From an uncultured Gemmatimonadales bacterium (lineage in GTDB: Bacteria; Gemmatimonadota; Gemmatimonadetes; Gemmatimonadales; GWC2-71-9), in contig CAVOGR010000001.1 in NCBI GenBank assembly GCA_963695555.1, forward strand, positions 800,001 to 864,000: a DNA stretch of 64,000 nucleotides, read 5' to 3'. The notes under the pieces were generated by a model. It searched no databases, had not been told where the DNA came from, and saw only the letters and a list, made by a program, of their open reading frames with translations. Every line of letters starts with the position of its first letter. The stretch's first letter is position 1. This document shows, piece by piece, positions 28,968-39,934 of this stretch. The translations under genes and the position numbers were made by a program.

Positions 28968-29199
28968 TTTTCAACATCAGACCGATTCCTCAACGCTTTG
29001 TGGAATAAGATGTTAGAGAACCCACTTCGAGTGGAAAACAAGATAGGACCGTAGGGCCTGTTCCTCAGCGGCTCAGCCTATGTTTTTCTGGTTTTCCAGA
29101 TCGTTCGCTGTGGAGAAAAATGGTTTTCCACATCATGTTGGCGGCCGATTTCGAGCCCGAAAATCCGGCCTCCAGCCAAGACGAATGGAATGTGGAAAA
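28968..29199. promoter_or_regulatory. Cluster of about 7 DnaA-box-like 9-mers in an AT-richer intergenic region
   Basis: Perfect TTTTCCACA at 29124 (+) and 29191 (-); one-mismatch copies at 28968, 28999, 29030, 29092, 29109. Confidence 0.7.
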
Positions 29200-29248
29200 G
29201 TTAAAGATCCCGCCCTGACCTCTGGCTAAGCTCCGTCTCACTTCCTTC

Positions 29249-30727
29249 ATGCGTGAGGATGGCTCATTGCCCAACCGTACCAATGTTCGGCGCACCAAAA
29301 TCGTTGCCACCCTGGGCCCGGCAACCTCCACGCCGGAGGCGATCACCGAGTTGCTGGAGCGTGGCGCCGACGTTTTTCGGGTCAACGCCTCCCACGGCAC
29401 CCCGGAATCCCGCCAGCGACTCATAGCCGACGCCCAGCGGATCATCGCCGCCAGAAAGGAAGCCGGGGCAATCCTGGTGGACCTTCACGGGCCCAGGATC
29501 CGGGTGGGGAGCCTGCCCGAGCCGATCCAGCTCGTGCCCGGCAGCACGGTGGTGTTCGGGTTCGAGGGCGAGGTGACCCAGGGCGAGATCCCTACCACCT
29601 ACCGCGAGCTGGCAGAGGATGTCCGGCCCGGCACGCGGATCCTCCTGAACGACGGACTGCTCGCGGTCGAGGTGACCCGGATCGTCGGCGACAAGGTCGA
29701 GGCCAAGGTCCGTCACGGTGGGGAGTTGTCCTCGAACAAGGGAATGAACCTGCCCGGGACCGAGGTGAGCACGCCCGCGGTCACGGACTCCGACCGGGAA
29801 GAGATCGCCCGCGCGGTGGCTTCCGGGGTCGACTACATCGGCATTTCCTTCGTGCGGCGGCCGCACGAGGTGGAGGAGATCAGGAGTGTGGTCCCGAGCA
29901 CCGTCAAGCTGGTCGCGAAGATCGAGAAGGACACCGCATTGGAACACATGTACGAAATCGTCGAAGCGTCCGATGTGGTGATGGTGGCCCGCGGGGATCT
30001 CGGCGTCGAGCTGGCCTACGAAGAGGTCCCCATGGTGCAGAAGCGCCTGATACGAGCCGCCAATCTCCAGGGCAAGCCGGTGATCACCGCCACGCAGATG
30101 CTGGAGTCGATGGTGCACGCCCCACGACCAACCAGAGCCGAGGCCTCGGATGTGGCCAATGCCATCCTCGATGGCACTGACGCCGTCATGCTCTCAGCCG
30201 AGACCGCCGTCGGCGAGTATCCGGCGCTGGCCGTCGAGGCCATGGACCGGATTGCCCGGGAGGTCGAGAGCTACCGGCAGGGTCGGAGTCCTGCCTTCGA
30301 CCTGGCGATCGGCCGCCGGGGCAGTGGAGAGGACCGGGCCCAGGTTCCGGTGGTCGCGGCCCGGACGTCGGCTGAAGATGCCATCGCGGTCGCCGTGGTC
30401 GCCGCGGCCGAGTTGCTCGGTGTCCCGCTCATCGTCTGCTTCACCAGCAGCGGCTTCACTGCCCGGACGGTGGCCCAGTACCGCCCCAAGGTCCCGATTG
30501 TCGCGGTGACACCCGAGGCCAGCACCTACCGCCAACTCGCCATGGTCTGGGGAGTCGTGCCGGTCCTGGTCGATCACTATCCAACCTACGACACCCTGCT
30601 TCCCGTGGCGCGCGAGCGCATTCTCGCTCGCGGACTCGCGCGCGAGGGTGATCAGGTGGTGGTGACGGCCGGGGTCCCGTTCGACATGCCGGGCACCACC
30701 AATCTCCTCAAGATCGAGTCGGTGTAA
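29249..30727 (+). CDS. pyk: Pyruvate kinase
   Basis: RRTKIVATLGPA, NASHG, AKIE, MVARGDLGVE, ATQMLESM, DAVMLSAETA. Confidence 0.97.
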   Translation: MREDGSLPNRTNVRRTKIVATLGPATSTPEAITELLERGADVFRVNASHGTPESRQRLIADAQRIIAARKEAGAILVDLHGPRIRVGSLPEPIQLVPGSTVVFGFEGEVTQGEIPTTYRELAEDVRPGTRILLNDGLLAVEVTRIVGDKVEAKVRHGGELSSNKGMNLPGTEVSTPAVTDSDREEIARAVASGVDYIGISFVRRPHEVEEIRSVVPSTVKLVAKIEKDTALEHMYEIVEASDVVMVARGDLGVELAYEEVPMVQKRLIRAANLQGKPVITATQMLESMVHAPRPTRAEASDVANAILDGTDAVMLSAETAVGEYPALAVEAMDRIAREVESYRQGRSPAFDLAIGRRGSGEDRAQVPVVAARTSAEDAIAVAVVAAAELLGVPLIVCFTSSGFTARTVAQYRPKVPIVAVTPEASTYRQLAMVWGVVPVLVDHYPTYDTLLPVARERILARGLAREGDQVVVTAGVPFDMPGTTNLLKIESV

Positions 30728-30734
30728 GGTGGGG

Positions 30735-31511
30735 ATGACGCTCACGTTCCTCGGTACCGGCACGTCCTTCGGCGTGCCACAGATCGGGTGTCGGTGCCCG
30801 GTGTGCTGCTCCGTCGATCCGCGTGACAAGCGCATGCGGGCCTCGGCGGTGATCCAGACGCCGCGGGCCACCATTCTGTTCGATACCCCGCCGGAACTAC
30901 GGCTCGAGCTCCTCGCTGCCGGACTGAACCACATCGACGCGGTCTGCTACACCCATGAGCATGCCGATCACGTGAGTGGGATCGATGATCTTCGGTTGTT
31001 CACCGTCCGCGACCGGAAGCCTATGCCGATCTTCGGACCGGCCGAGACGCTCGATCGCCTCCGCCAGGGCTTCCGCTACATCTTCGACGATTCGATGGAG
31101 GCGCACCCGGGCACGAGCAAGCCTCGGCTGATTCCCGAGGCCGTCGAACCGGGCCAGGCCTTCGAGGTCGCGGGCGAATCGATTCTTCCGCTGGTGTTCG
31201 CCCACGGCAACATGCGCGTCTTCGGGTACCGGATCGGTCGCGTGGCCTATGTGACCGATGTGAAGACGGTACCAACCCGTGAGCGGGCCGCGCTGCGGGA
31301 CCTCGACGTGCTGGTGTTGAACGCACTGTGGTGGCGCTCGCATCCGACCCATATGAGCATCGCCGAAGCCGTCAGCACCGCGCAAGACCTTGGCGCCGCC
31401 CACACCTATCTGACACATCTCACCCACGAGACCGGGCATGCCGAGCTCGAAGCGGCGTTGCCGCCCGGCATCTCACCGGCCTACGACGGACTGACGGTGG
31501 AGGTCAGCTGA
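30735..31511 (+). CDS. MBL-fold metallohydrolase (PhnP/LipB-like)
   Basis: FLGTGTSFGVP..CRCPVC, THEHADHVSG, YVTD, THLTH, AYDG. Confidence 0.9.
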   Translation: MTLTFLGTGTSFGVPQIGCRCPVCCSVDPRDKRMRASAVIQTPRATILFDTPPELRLELLAAGLNHIDAVCYTHEHADHVSGIDDLRLFTVRDRKPMPIFGPAETLDRLRQGFRYIFDDSMEAHPGTSKPRLIPEAVEPGQAFEVAGESILPLVFAHGNMRVFGYRIGRVAYVTDVKTVPTRERAALRDLDVLVLNALWWRSHPTHMSIAEAVSTAQDLGAAHTYLTHLTHETGHAELEAALPPGISPAYDGLTVEVS

Positions 31512-32890
31512 TGCGCATCTCTTACGGGCGGATGTTCGCGGATCGCCTGGACGGTCGCCACGGGTTGCCGCGACCACGGCTCAGCGAATTGGCCGCACGA
31601 TTCCCTGTGGTGCAGGCGGAACTCCGCGACCGCCGAAAGAATGGTGAGTACGGATTCTATGACTTGGTCGACCAGGGGTCGACCGTCACCCAAATCACCG
31701 AGTTCGCCGAGGGCCTCGGCCAGGCGTTCGATCACGTGTTGGTGCTCGGGATCGGGGGCTCAGCCCTCGGCGCTCGGGCGCTGCTCGAGGCGCTCAAGCC
31801 GGCCGGATGGAACGAGCTCGACGACGAGGCGCGTGAGTTCTACCCGAAGCTGACCGTGCTGGACAATATCGATCCGGATACGGTCGCGACCACGCTCGCG
31901 CGCATCGACCCCCGGCGCGTGTTGGTGAACGTGGTCTCCAAGTCGGGCGGCACGGCCGAGACGCTGGCCCAGTATCTGGTGGTCAGACGGTGGCTCGAAG
32001 ATGCTTTGGACGACGCCGCGTACCGCCACCTCGTCTTTACCACTGACGCCGACTCGGGTGCGCTCCGGCGCATTGCCACGGACGAGGGGATCCCGGCCTT
32101 GGCCGTTCCGGCCAACGTGGGCGGCCGCTTCAGCGTTCTGTCACCGGTCGGGCTCTTGCCGGCGGCACTGGTTGGTATCGACCCGTCGCAATTGATCGAG
32201 GGCGCGCGCCGGGCGGTGGAGCGGGCCGAGTCGGACGCACTCGAGACCAACCCGGCCGCGTTGTACGCGGCACTGCTCTGGGCGGCCGATCACGATCTGG
32301 GCGCCCGTATTCACGTCCTCATGCCGTATTCCGACCGGCTGCGCTGGTTTGCCGAATGGTTCAGGCAGCTCTGGGCGGAAAGCCTGGGCAAGCGGCTCAG
32401 TCGCGGTGGTCAGGACGTGTGGGCCGGTCCGACACCGCTGGGTGCGGTGGGTGCCACCGACCAGCACAGTCAGGTCCAACTCTTCATGGAAGGCCCGTTC
32501 GACAAGGCGATAAGCTTCATCGTGGTCGATCGGCCTCGATCCGACCTTCCCATCCCGGACCCGCCCGGTCTCCCTCCCGAGTTGGCCTATCTGGGCGGGC
32601 ACACCCTGGGCGAGCTCCTCGCGGTGGAGGCTCGGGCCACGGCGGGGGCGCTGGCGCAGGCGGGGCGGATGAGTCTCACGATCCGGGTGCCCGAGCTCTC
32701 GCCGAGTATCATGGGCGAGCTGCTCATGTTCTTTCAGCTGGCAACCGGATACGCCGGGATCTGGTACGGCGTCAATCCGTTCGATCAGCCCGGCGTCGAG
32801 TTGGGCAAACGGCTCACCTTCGGGGCCCTGGGCCGCGCCGGATACGACGCGGTCCAGGGTGACGCAATTCCTCCAGGGGATGAGGTTTAG
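31511..32890 (+). CDS. pgi: Glucose-6-phosphate isomerase
   Basis: GIGGS, SKSGGTAET, GGRFSV, QLWAESLGK, DQHSQVQ, FDQPGVELGK. Confidence 0.96.
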   Translation: MRISYGRMFADRLDGRHGLPRPRLSELAARFPVVQAELRDRRKNGEYGFYDLVDQGSTVTQITEFAEGLGQAFDHVLVLGIGGSALGARALLEALKPAGWNELDDEAREFYPKLTVLDNIDPDTVATTLARIDPRRVLVNVVSKSGGTAETLAQYLVVRRWLEDALDDAAYRHLVFTTDADSGALRRIATDEGIPALAVPANVGGRFSVLSPVGLLPAALVGIDPSQLIEGARRAVERAESDALETNPAALYAALLWAADHDLGARIHVLMPYSDRLRWFAEWFRQLWAESLGKRLSRGGQDVWAGPTPLGAVGATDQHSQVQLFMEGPFDKAISFIVVDRPRSDLPIPDPPGLPPELAYLGGHTLGELLAVEARATAGALAQAGRMSLTIRVPELSPSIMGELLMFFQLATGYAGIWYGVNPFDQPGVELGKRLTFGALGRAGYDAVQGDAIPPGDEV

Positions 32891-32965
32891 CTCGTTTGAC
32901 CGGGGTCCGTCCCCGGTCTAAATTTTGCACGATGGGTTGAGGATTCTTCCAAGGCAAGTGGCGAC

Positions 32966-34375
32966 ATGACCGATCCAATGCAGCAAGTCGTTGACCTGTA
33001 CGCTGGTGCAGTCTCGCTCGTTCCCGGTGGTGTGCGGCTGCGCGATGCGTCCAAGCTACAGTCCGAGGCCACGGATCGCGTGGTCTGGCAAGCGGTATTC
33101 GGCTCCGAATCGGAGCGTGAGGCGGCGCGGTGGCTGCTCTGGGAGCTGGGCCAGTCGACCGGCGCCCGCCCGGCCTCGATCAATGAGCTGTACATGGCCC
33201 GCGGCCGCGGGGAGTGCAGCGGGTTCACAGTGCCGGCCATCAACGTCCGGGCCATGACCTACGATGTGGCTCGGGCCGTCTTCCGGGCCGCCCGCCGCGG
33301 TCAAGCCGGCGCCATCATTCTCGAGATCGCGCGATCGGAAATCAGCTACACCGCCCAGCGTCCGTCCGAGTACGTGGCGGTGTTGATCGCGGCGGCCCTC
33401 CGGGAGGGGTATACCTCGCCGCTCTTCATCCAGGGCGATCATTGCCAGGTCAACGCCAAGAAGTACGCCCAGGATCCGGAGGGCGAGGTCGGTGAGGTCA
33501 AGAAGCTGATTGCCGAGGAGGTCGCCGCGGGCTTCTACAACATCGACGTCGACACCTCGACCCTGGTCGACCTGTCGAAGCCGACGCTGGAAGAGCAGCA
33601 ACGCACCAATTTCGAGCGCGCGGTCGAGATCACCCGCTTCATCCGCGAGCACGAGCCCGACGGCGTCACCGTGTCGGTCGGAGCGGAGATCGGTGAAGTC
33701 GGGCAGAAGAACAGCACGGTCGAGGAACTCCACGCCTTCATGCAGGGCTACAACCGCGCCTTGGGGGACGCGACCGAGGGGATCAGCAAGATCTCCGTCC
33801 AGACCGGAACCAGCCATGGCGGGGTCGTGCTGTCCGACGGGTCCATTGCCGACGTCAAGCTCGACATCGAGGCGCTCGAGGCGCTGTCCGAGGTGGCCCG
33901 GACGGAGTATGGCCTGGCCGGCGCGGTGCAGCATGGTGCCAGCACGCTGCCGAGTACCGCGTTCGGCAACTTCCCCCGGGTCGAGACCTGTGAAATCCAT
34001 CTCGCCACCAATTTCCAGAACATCATCTTCGACCATCCCAAGCTGCCGGCAGACCTGAGCAAACGGATCCACGAGTGGCTCGACGAGCACACTGCCGGCG
34101 AGCGCAAGCCGGAAGACTCCGATGCTCAGTTCTATTACAAGACCCGGAAGAAGGCGATCGGCCCGTTCAAGAAAGAGCTGTGGTCGCTTCCGGCCGATAT
34201 CCGTCAGGCGATAGCTGCAGATTTGGAGAAAACGTTTAGCTTTCTGTTCGACCAATTGAACGTGAACGGCACAGCCACGCTCGTCGATCGCCACATCCAT
34301 GCGCCGGTGCAGCACCATGCGGCGCTGAAGCCAGTTCTGGCCGTGGCCGTCGACGATCCAGACGCGGGAGAGTAG
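32966..34375 (+). CDS. Class II fructose-bisphosphate aldolase (long type)
   Basis: FTVPAIN, QGDH, GAEIGEVG, GTSHGG, VQHGAST; follows pyk and pgi. Confidence 0.88.
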   Translation: MTDPMQQVVDLYAGAVSLVPGGVRLRDASKLQSEATDRVVWQAVFGSESEREAARWLLWELGQSTGARPASINELYMARGRGECSGFTVPAINVRAMTYDVARAVFRAARRGQAGAIILEIARSEISYTAQRPSEYVAVLIAAALREGYTSPLFIQGDHCQVNAKKYAQDPEGEVGEVKKLIAEEVAAGFYNIDVDTSTLVDLSKPTLEEQQRTNFERAVEITRFIREHEPDGVTVSVGAEIGEVGQKNSTVEELHAFMQGYNRALGDATEGISKISVQTGTSHGGVVLSDGSIADVKLDIEALEALSEVARTEYGLAGAVQHGASTLPSTAFGNFPRVETCEIHLATNFQNIIFDHPKLPADLSKRIHEWLDEHTAGERKPEDSDAQFYYKTRKKAIGPFKKELWSLPADIRQAIAADLEKTFSFLFDQLNVNGTATLVDRHIHAPVQHHAALKPVLAVAVDDPDAGE

Positions 34376-34377
34376 GG

Positions 34378-34797
34378 ATGAAAGCCCAAGACGACCACGA
34401 CGACGTGGTGTACGTCGTTCGTGAACAGGAAGCGCCGCTCAAGTACTTGTTCTGGGGGGCCGCCATCGGCGCGGGTCTCGCCCTCCTCTTTGCGCCCAGC
34501 AGCGGCACGGAAACCCGCCGGCAGATTCGCAGCAAGGCTCGCCGGTTCCGCGCCCTGGCCGAAGAGAAATACGATGAGTTCGAGGATCGGCTGGCCGATG
34601 GCAGTTCCCGGGTCAAGGAGTATGTGGAAGACGGGGTCGAAGACCTGAAGATCCAGGCCGGCGAGCTGACCGACGCGGTCAAGGGTGCCGGGTCGACGGC
34701 ACGGGACGAGCTCGAGCGGCGGCTCAAGGACGCACGGGCGCGGCGCCGTGGTCAGCCCGAGGCCGAGTCGGCTGAGGAAGTGGAGCCGGTGACCTGA
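34378..34797 (+). CDS. YtxH domain-containing protein
   Basis: FWGAAIGAGLALLFAPSSGTETR. Confidence 0.88.
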   Translation: MKAQDDHDDVVYVVREQEAPLKYLFWGAAIGAGLALLFAPSSGTETRRQIRSKARRFRALAEEKYDEFEDRLADGSSRVKEYVEDGVEDLKIQAGELTDAVKGAGSTARDELERRLKDARARRRGQPEAESAEEVEPVT

Positions 34798-35732
34798 CCG
34801 AACTTCGCCTGGGGGGCTGGCACCGCACCGTCCGCGGCTACCTGCGCCGGACCCTCCAGGCGGCCGACGAAAACAACATCTTCTTTCTCTCCAGCGCGTT
34901 GAGCTTCGACGCGCTGCTCACCGCCGCACCGTTCATCCTCCTCCTCCTGATCATCCTGCCCATGATGATCCAGGTGCTGACCGGCGGCCCGGCCCCGCCG
35001 CTGGACCGCCTGGTCGAGCCGTTCATGCCGCCGCATCAGGCGGTGCAAGGCACTGACCCGTTCGAGGTCTTCGTCGAGCGGCTCCGGCTCGTCACTGCCT
35101 ACCGCGGCCAGATTTCGCTCTACGCCATTCCGTTGTTCATTTGGTTCAGCAGCCGCCTGTTTGCCGGCATGCGCACGGCGCTGAACCACATCTTCGACGT
35201 GTCGGGCCGGCGCACCTTCCGCGGCGGCATCATCCGGAGCTATCTGCTGGGCAAGGCCCGCGACGTCGTGATGGTGTTCGTGACCCTGGGCCTCTTCGTC
35301 GCCAACACCGCCTTCAGCGCTTGGCTTCGGGTCCTCGAGCTGCGGAGCCAGCAGGCGGTGCCCGATTTCCACTTCTTCGTGACCAGCGTGGGTCGCCTGC
35401 TCGCGCTGCTCTTGGCCTACGGCTTCTCACTCTCCCTCTTCTTCGTGCTGTACAAATTTGCGTCCAGCCGGCCGTTGGGGTGGCGGCCGGCGCTGGTGGC
35501 CGCCGCCTTTGCCGCGGTGGCGTTCGAGCTGGCCAAGCAGGTATTCGGGTGGTACATGCAGAACGGGGCCGCGGGACCCGAACGCCTCTCGGTCGGGTTC
35601 AACGTGGGTGCCATCATCCTGTTCGTGTTGTGGGTCTGGTATACCGCGCTGGTGTTCCTGCTCGGCGGGGTGGTGGCGGAGACCTGGAAGCTACGGGCGC
35701 TCCAGCGCGAGCAGCGCGCCATGCTGGCTTGA
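34794..35732 (+). CDS. YihY/BrkB family membrane protein (probable CTG start at 34794)
   Basis: 'DENNIFFLSSALSF', 'ALNHIF', 'FELAKQVFGWY', 'LWVWYTALVFLLG'; frame open upstream of 34899 back to a stop at 34773. Confidence 0.85.
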   Translation: MTELRLGGWHRTVRGYLRRTLQAADENNIFFLSSALSFDALLTAAPFILLLLIILPMMIQVLTGGPAPPLDRLVEPFMPPHQAVQGTDPFEVFVERLRLVTAYRGQISLYAIPLFIWFSSRLFAGMRTALNHIFDVSGRRTFRGGIIRSYLLGKARDVVMVFVTLGLFVANTAFSAWLRVLELRSQQAVPDFHFFVTSVGRLLALLLAYGFSLSLFFVLYKFASSRPLGWRPALVAAAFAAVAFELAKQVFGWYMQNGAAGPERLSVGFNVGAIILFVLWVWYTALVFLLGGVVAETWKLRALQREQRAMLA

Positions 35733-35879
35733 CCCTTCCCCCAACCGCCCCCCCGCCCGCTATCAGCTACCTCCCTACTCCCCACCCCCCGGTCGGGGTT
35801 CGCGTGACCGAGAAGATCTTCCCCACCGCGGCGGACTTCTGGCGCCAGCGGTTCAGACCGCTAACCAACCCGGTTCCTT

Positions 35880-35927
35880 CTATAGCACCGGTAGACCTGC
35901 CGGCTATAGCACCGGTAGACCTGCCGG
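35880..35927. repeat. Perfect 24-bp tandem duplication
   Basis: CTATAGCACCGGTAGACCTGCCGG twice (35880-35903, 35904-35927), abutting the stop of the minus-strand gene. Confidence 0.9.
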
Positions 35928-38900
35928 TCAGTCACGGCGTCGGATGATCAGCTCGATGCCTTGGAGGCTAGCCCCTCCGGAGGTCGGTTGGACCCGGAGC
36001 CGAATTGGCTCCGTGGTCTCTGCGGAGGCGTCCAGGAAACCCTCGCTCACGCTCATCTCGTACTCGCCTGGCCGTACACCCAAGGCATAGAACTCACCAT
36101 CGCTGAAGGTCGAGATTTCCCGGCGTTCGCCGGTCTTCAGGTTCGTGAGAAGGAGGATGAGGGAGCCGGCGGGCACGGTGACACCGTCGAAGTGACGGAG
36201 CACGCGTCCCTCGAGTACCCCCGCTTCGATGAGAGGAAGGTCCAACACCCGATAGGAATTCGGGCTTGGCACGATGCTGACCGCCTGGTACTGCGAGACG
36301 AAGAGGGGATTGGGCAGGCTCAGCGAGTCGATCTGGACGATGAGGGGCTCGAACGGCACCAGGTCCCATCGGTCGAAGCGGCCGGTCGAGTCGGTTCGTG
36401 CAATGCTCGACCCTACGATCACCCGCACGTTGGCAATGCCGTCTTCTCCTGGGTCCTGTAACCCGTTCGCATTTTCGTCGAGAACATTCTGCCCGAAGAG
36501 CCGCTACGGTCGACCGACAGGTTAGGAAAGAACTCCATCCGGTCTGCCGCTTGGTTCCAGACTGCCGATCCGCGCATGAGCTGGTAGCCCGTCATCTTGC
36601 CCCCCCCGGGTGCGCTGATTGCCGTGGATGAAGAATGGGAGGCTAACTCAGATGTGAGGGCCAGTGCGAACGTCGTTCCCATTCCGCCATGCTGCCGCCG
36701 GACGCCGCCTTCGATGTGGCTTCCCAACCCGAGGGACCGGGTCGCCGAGAGGCCGGCCCGCATCGGGCGAAGCGAGGTCTCAACCTCGAGGTCGGTCCGA
36801 ACCCAGAATCTTGCCGAGCGACCGGGCCCACGCCGAGGTTGGGGCAGCGAGGTGCGGTCGTGCGGCGAAGCCCTTCGAAGGGGCTGTGGGCTCGCGCTCG
36901 GCCGATCCCAGCTCCCGGCGACGAAGGGGGAGGAAGTGCACCCCATGCGCTCGCGCGGATGCGCCCAGGGTGGCGCGGGTGAGGTCCGCTCGCAGTGTGG
37001 GAGCCGATTGAGGGCTTCCCTCGGAAGTTACCAGGCGCGGTTCTCCCGGTTCGGGCGGTCGAGTTCTTCCGGAGGACTCCACTGGTCGATCCGTTCTGCC
37101 GACGACGTGGGGCGGCGGGGCGGTGGTGTGTAGGGCAAACCCACGACCTCGGCGGCATGCGAGATGAATTCGCCGACGGCTCCGTCACGGACCATGCCTC
37201 GCCCGAACGCCTCTGTTCGACCTCCACCTCCAGTGTCCATCCGTTGCTGGGCCTGCTGCAGCGAGAGGTCCGAGATCATGGAGGTTGCCCAGGGAGCGTG
37301 TCGCGCGAGCGGCAGCGGTGGGAGCACCGACCCGAAGGTGGGGGCGTTGGTGTCGCACCACGTGGCGGAGTCGACGTTGAGGTTCACCTGGCCCGCGCGA
37401 GCGCCCGCGCGTGCGCACGTGCCACCGTGCCACATTCCCCCACCGACCTTTCGGTAGGAGGGCTCCAAGGCTCACGCCACGGTGGGTGGGGTTTGAAACG
37501 CCGTATCCTCACCAGACCATGTGGCGACGCGGATCAATGACTGGGGTCTCTCCACCGTCTGAAGCCGGAGACTCAACCCGTCATCCCGTCTTCCGACGAG
37601 GAGCTGCAAGCAGCGACGAGGCGCCACCTGTTGGTATGCCTCGACCTGCCACCCGGATCGACCGGCCGTCGGTCGACGATGCTGCCCAGGATGAGGACGG
37701 AGGAACGGGGAAGTCGTGGTGCGCGAGGACACCGCGCAGCCCACGGAACCTCGGACCGGTCGCGATCCGTCCCCCACGCGGAGTTGTTGAGCCAGGGGTC
37801 GTCTTGCCGCACCCGGACCCGGGCCCGGACGCGAACACGACCTTCGCCCGCGCGGCCTTCACTTTCGGCCGTCAGGGCCAGTGATCCGCCGAAGGCATCG
37901 TTCCGAGGCCCATCCGATACTGGCTCCCGGCGAGCGGCTCGTCGCTCGGCAGGAGGCCACGATAGTCCATGACCGATCCATCCCACGGGTCCGCACGGTC
38001 CCAGCGTGAGGTCCGGCTCGAGGCCGTCATCGCGACGGAGCAGCGCATTGCGAGCGTGCTACCGCGTGTATCGCCGGGCAATGGGCAGTCCGTCAGCGTC
38101 CATCAACGTAACCCGCGACTCGGACCAGTCGACATCGAAGGCGAAGCCCCGGGCACCCCGGCGACCCGTTGCGTCGTAGTACTCGCCGTCTTGCACGAGA
38201 GCTGCGACGGGCCGGTTTGTATGAACGGTCCGCCATCTGCACTTTGTATCGCCGGGCGTCGATGAGAAAGTCGGTCCCACTCGGTTCGAACCTGGCTTCG
38301 AGCCGCCCGTCGTCATGGACTGGTAGCTCACCTCGGCCAGGTCGAGGAACTGGTCGCGGGTGAGCACGTCATCTCCACCCCGAAATCCCGACACGGTCCG
38401 GGACACCAGTAGTCCCAGGCGGAGACTCGATGATGACCGGCTCGGCACTGGGCAGGCCGCGGCGGACTCGCGCTCGATGGCGATGGACCCGGCGATTGTC
38501 CAACCGAGCGCCACCAGAACCGGTCGATGCCCGTTGGAGACTCGCATGCGTCGGCGTGGGGCTCGGTGGATAACCGTGAGGACGACCGTACCGGTGTAAG
38601 ACCGTCGCCTGGGCTGGGCACGGTGTCAGGTCCCGCCGAGCCACACGTACGTGAACGGTAGATGGCGGCGGACCCAGGCGCCCGACCGTGACAACCGATG
38701 GATCGAGGGGATGCCGGCGGCGGGGTCGTTCTGCTGCCTAGCCACGGGCCGAGGTTGGTCCAGAACTGATGGGGGAGCGTGGTGCCGGGCGGGCCCGTGG
38801 TGCTTGGCAGCACTGTCGGCAGGGTGGAGGTCATCGTCATGAAGCGTGGGATTGCCCGTCACCGGGGGAGGGGTCCGGCGGCTCGCATCCGTAGGGGGAG

Positions 38901-39102
38901 CACGGTCGTGGCGGGAGACGCCGCCCGGCGCGGTTCCAAGTCGAGGTGGGACAGTCCCCATCTCACTGTGATGCTCAAGCGTGACGACGGTGGCACGTGC
39001 GGTTGCCACGCGCAGGGAGGAGCCCTGGCACGCGGACAGGCGTGGCAGCATCAATGCCCCCGTGCACACCCACAGCCGGGCCAGCCCCTCGGGTCGGATC
39101 AC
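35928..39102 (-). pseudogene. Large usher-like outer-membrane protein with C-terminal SdrD-B/carboxypeptidase-regulatory-like domains; many indels
   Basis: Intact C-terminus 'DENANGLQDPGEDGIANVRVIVG...LEGRV...TFSDGEFYALGVRPGEY'; upstream 2.6 kb fragmented; GTGA overlap at 39099-39102; indels may be sequencing errors. Confidence 0.5.
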
Positions 39103-39934
39103 GGCACGACGACGACGACTACGGTGCGGCGGCTCAATCGGCGGCGGCACCGTATTTCCGACGAAGGTCGTCTCGCTCGCTCACCAGTTCGGTCGCGAGG
39201 GTGTAGCGACCTGCTGGGAGCTTACCTACGGAAGAGCGAAGCCTCGGGGCCGGCGTGTGGTGACGGCGAGCGGCACCGTCGGACTCCGCCTCGGTTTGGC
39301 CCTCGGCGTTCTGGAGCTGCCACTTGAGCGTTCCGATGAACACGCCCTCGCCCTGGCGTTCGAGGTTCATCCCGATCTCGAGCGGGAGGTCGATCCCAGG
39401 CACCTGGGCCCGCGAGTCCGACACGGCGAGGCCAGTCGTCACGTTTCCCTTCCGGTAGCTCAGCGCGATGACCGTCCGCACCTCGAGCGTGGACCGACCT
39501 GGATACCGAGGTCGCTTCCCCCGCGACACCGGACACAGGCACCTGTCCTCCCTTGGCGGCGATGATCGCCGCGTCCAGGTACTTCCCGTCCTCGAGATTC
39601 TGGGGCGGGCGAGCCAGCAGCCGGATGGTCTCGGCACCGTCGCGGCGGCGATCGTGACACGGCGGGGAAAGGCTTGGATCACGTCCGAGCGCCGAGGGGT
39701 GGGTGAGTCGGGTGATTCGATCATGCGGAGCGTCGGTGGCCGGTTGAGTCGGTGACCGGGAATCCGAACGTCGTCGAGCCGGACCTCGACAGGCTCAGTC
39801 CGGGTTGTAGGCCTGGAGCGGTTCGCTTCCGTGTCTGGTCGTCGTCTAGGTGGCATGCGCGCCACCAGCACCCTTGGGCCCGAGCACGCGGGGCGGGCAC
39901 GCGGTACGACTGCGAGTATCAAGAGGTCTCTCAT
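39099..39934 (-). pseudogene. Putative periplasmic pilus chaperone (PapD-like), frameshifted
   Basis: Fragments 'PVEV', 'IQAFPRRVT', 'LEVRTVIALSYRKG', 'LERQGEGVFIGTL', 'LPAGRYTL'; lies between pilin-like and usher-like genes. Confidence 0.45.

Noticed and set aside
28912..29248. Definite oriC call
   Set aside because: No dnaA/dnaN/gidA neighbours, no gene-orientation switch, no clear DUE or DnaA-trio; kept only as a DnaA-box cluster
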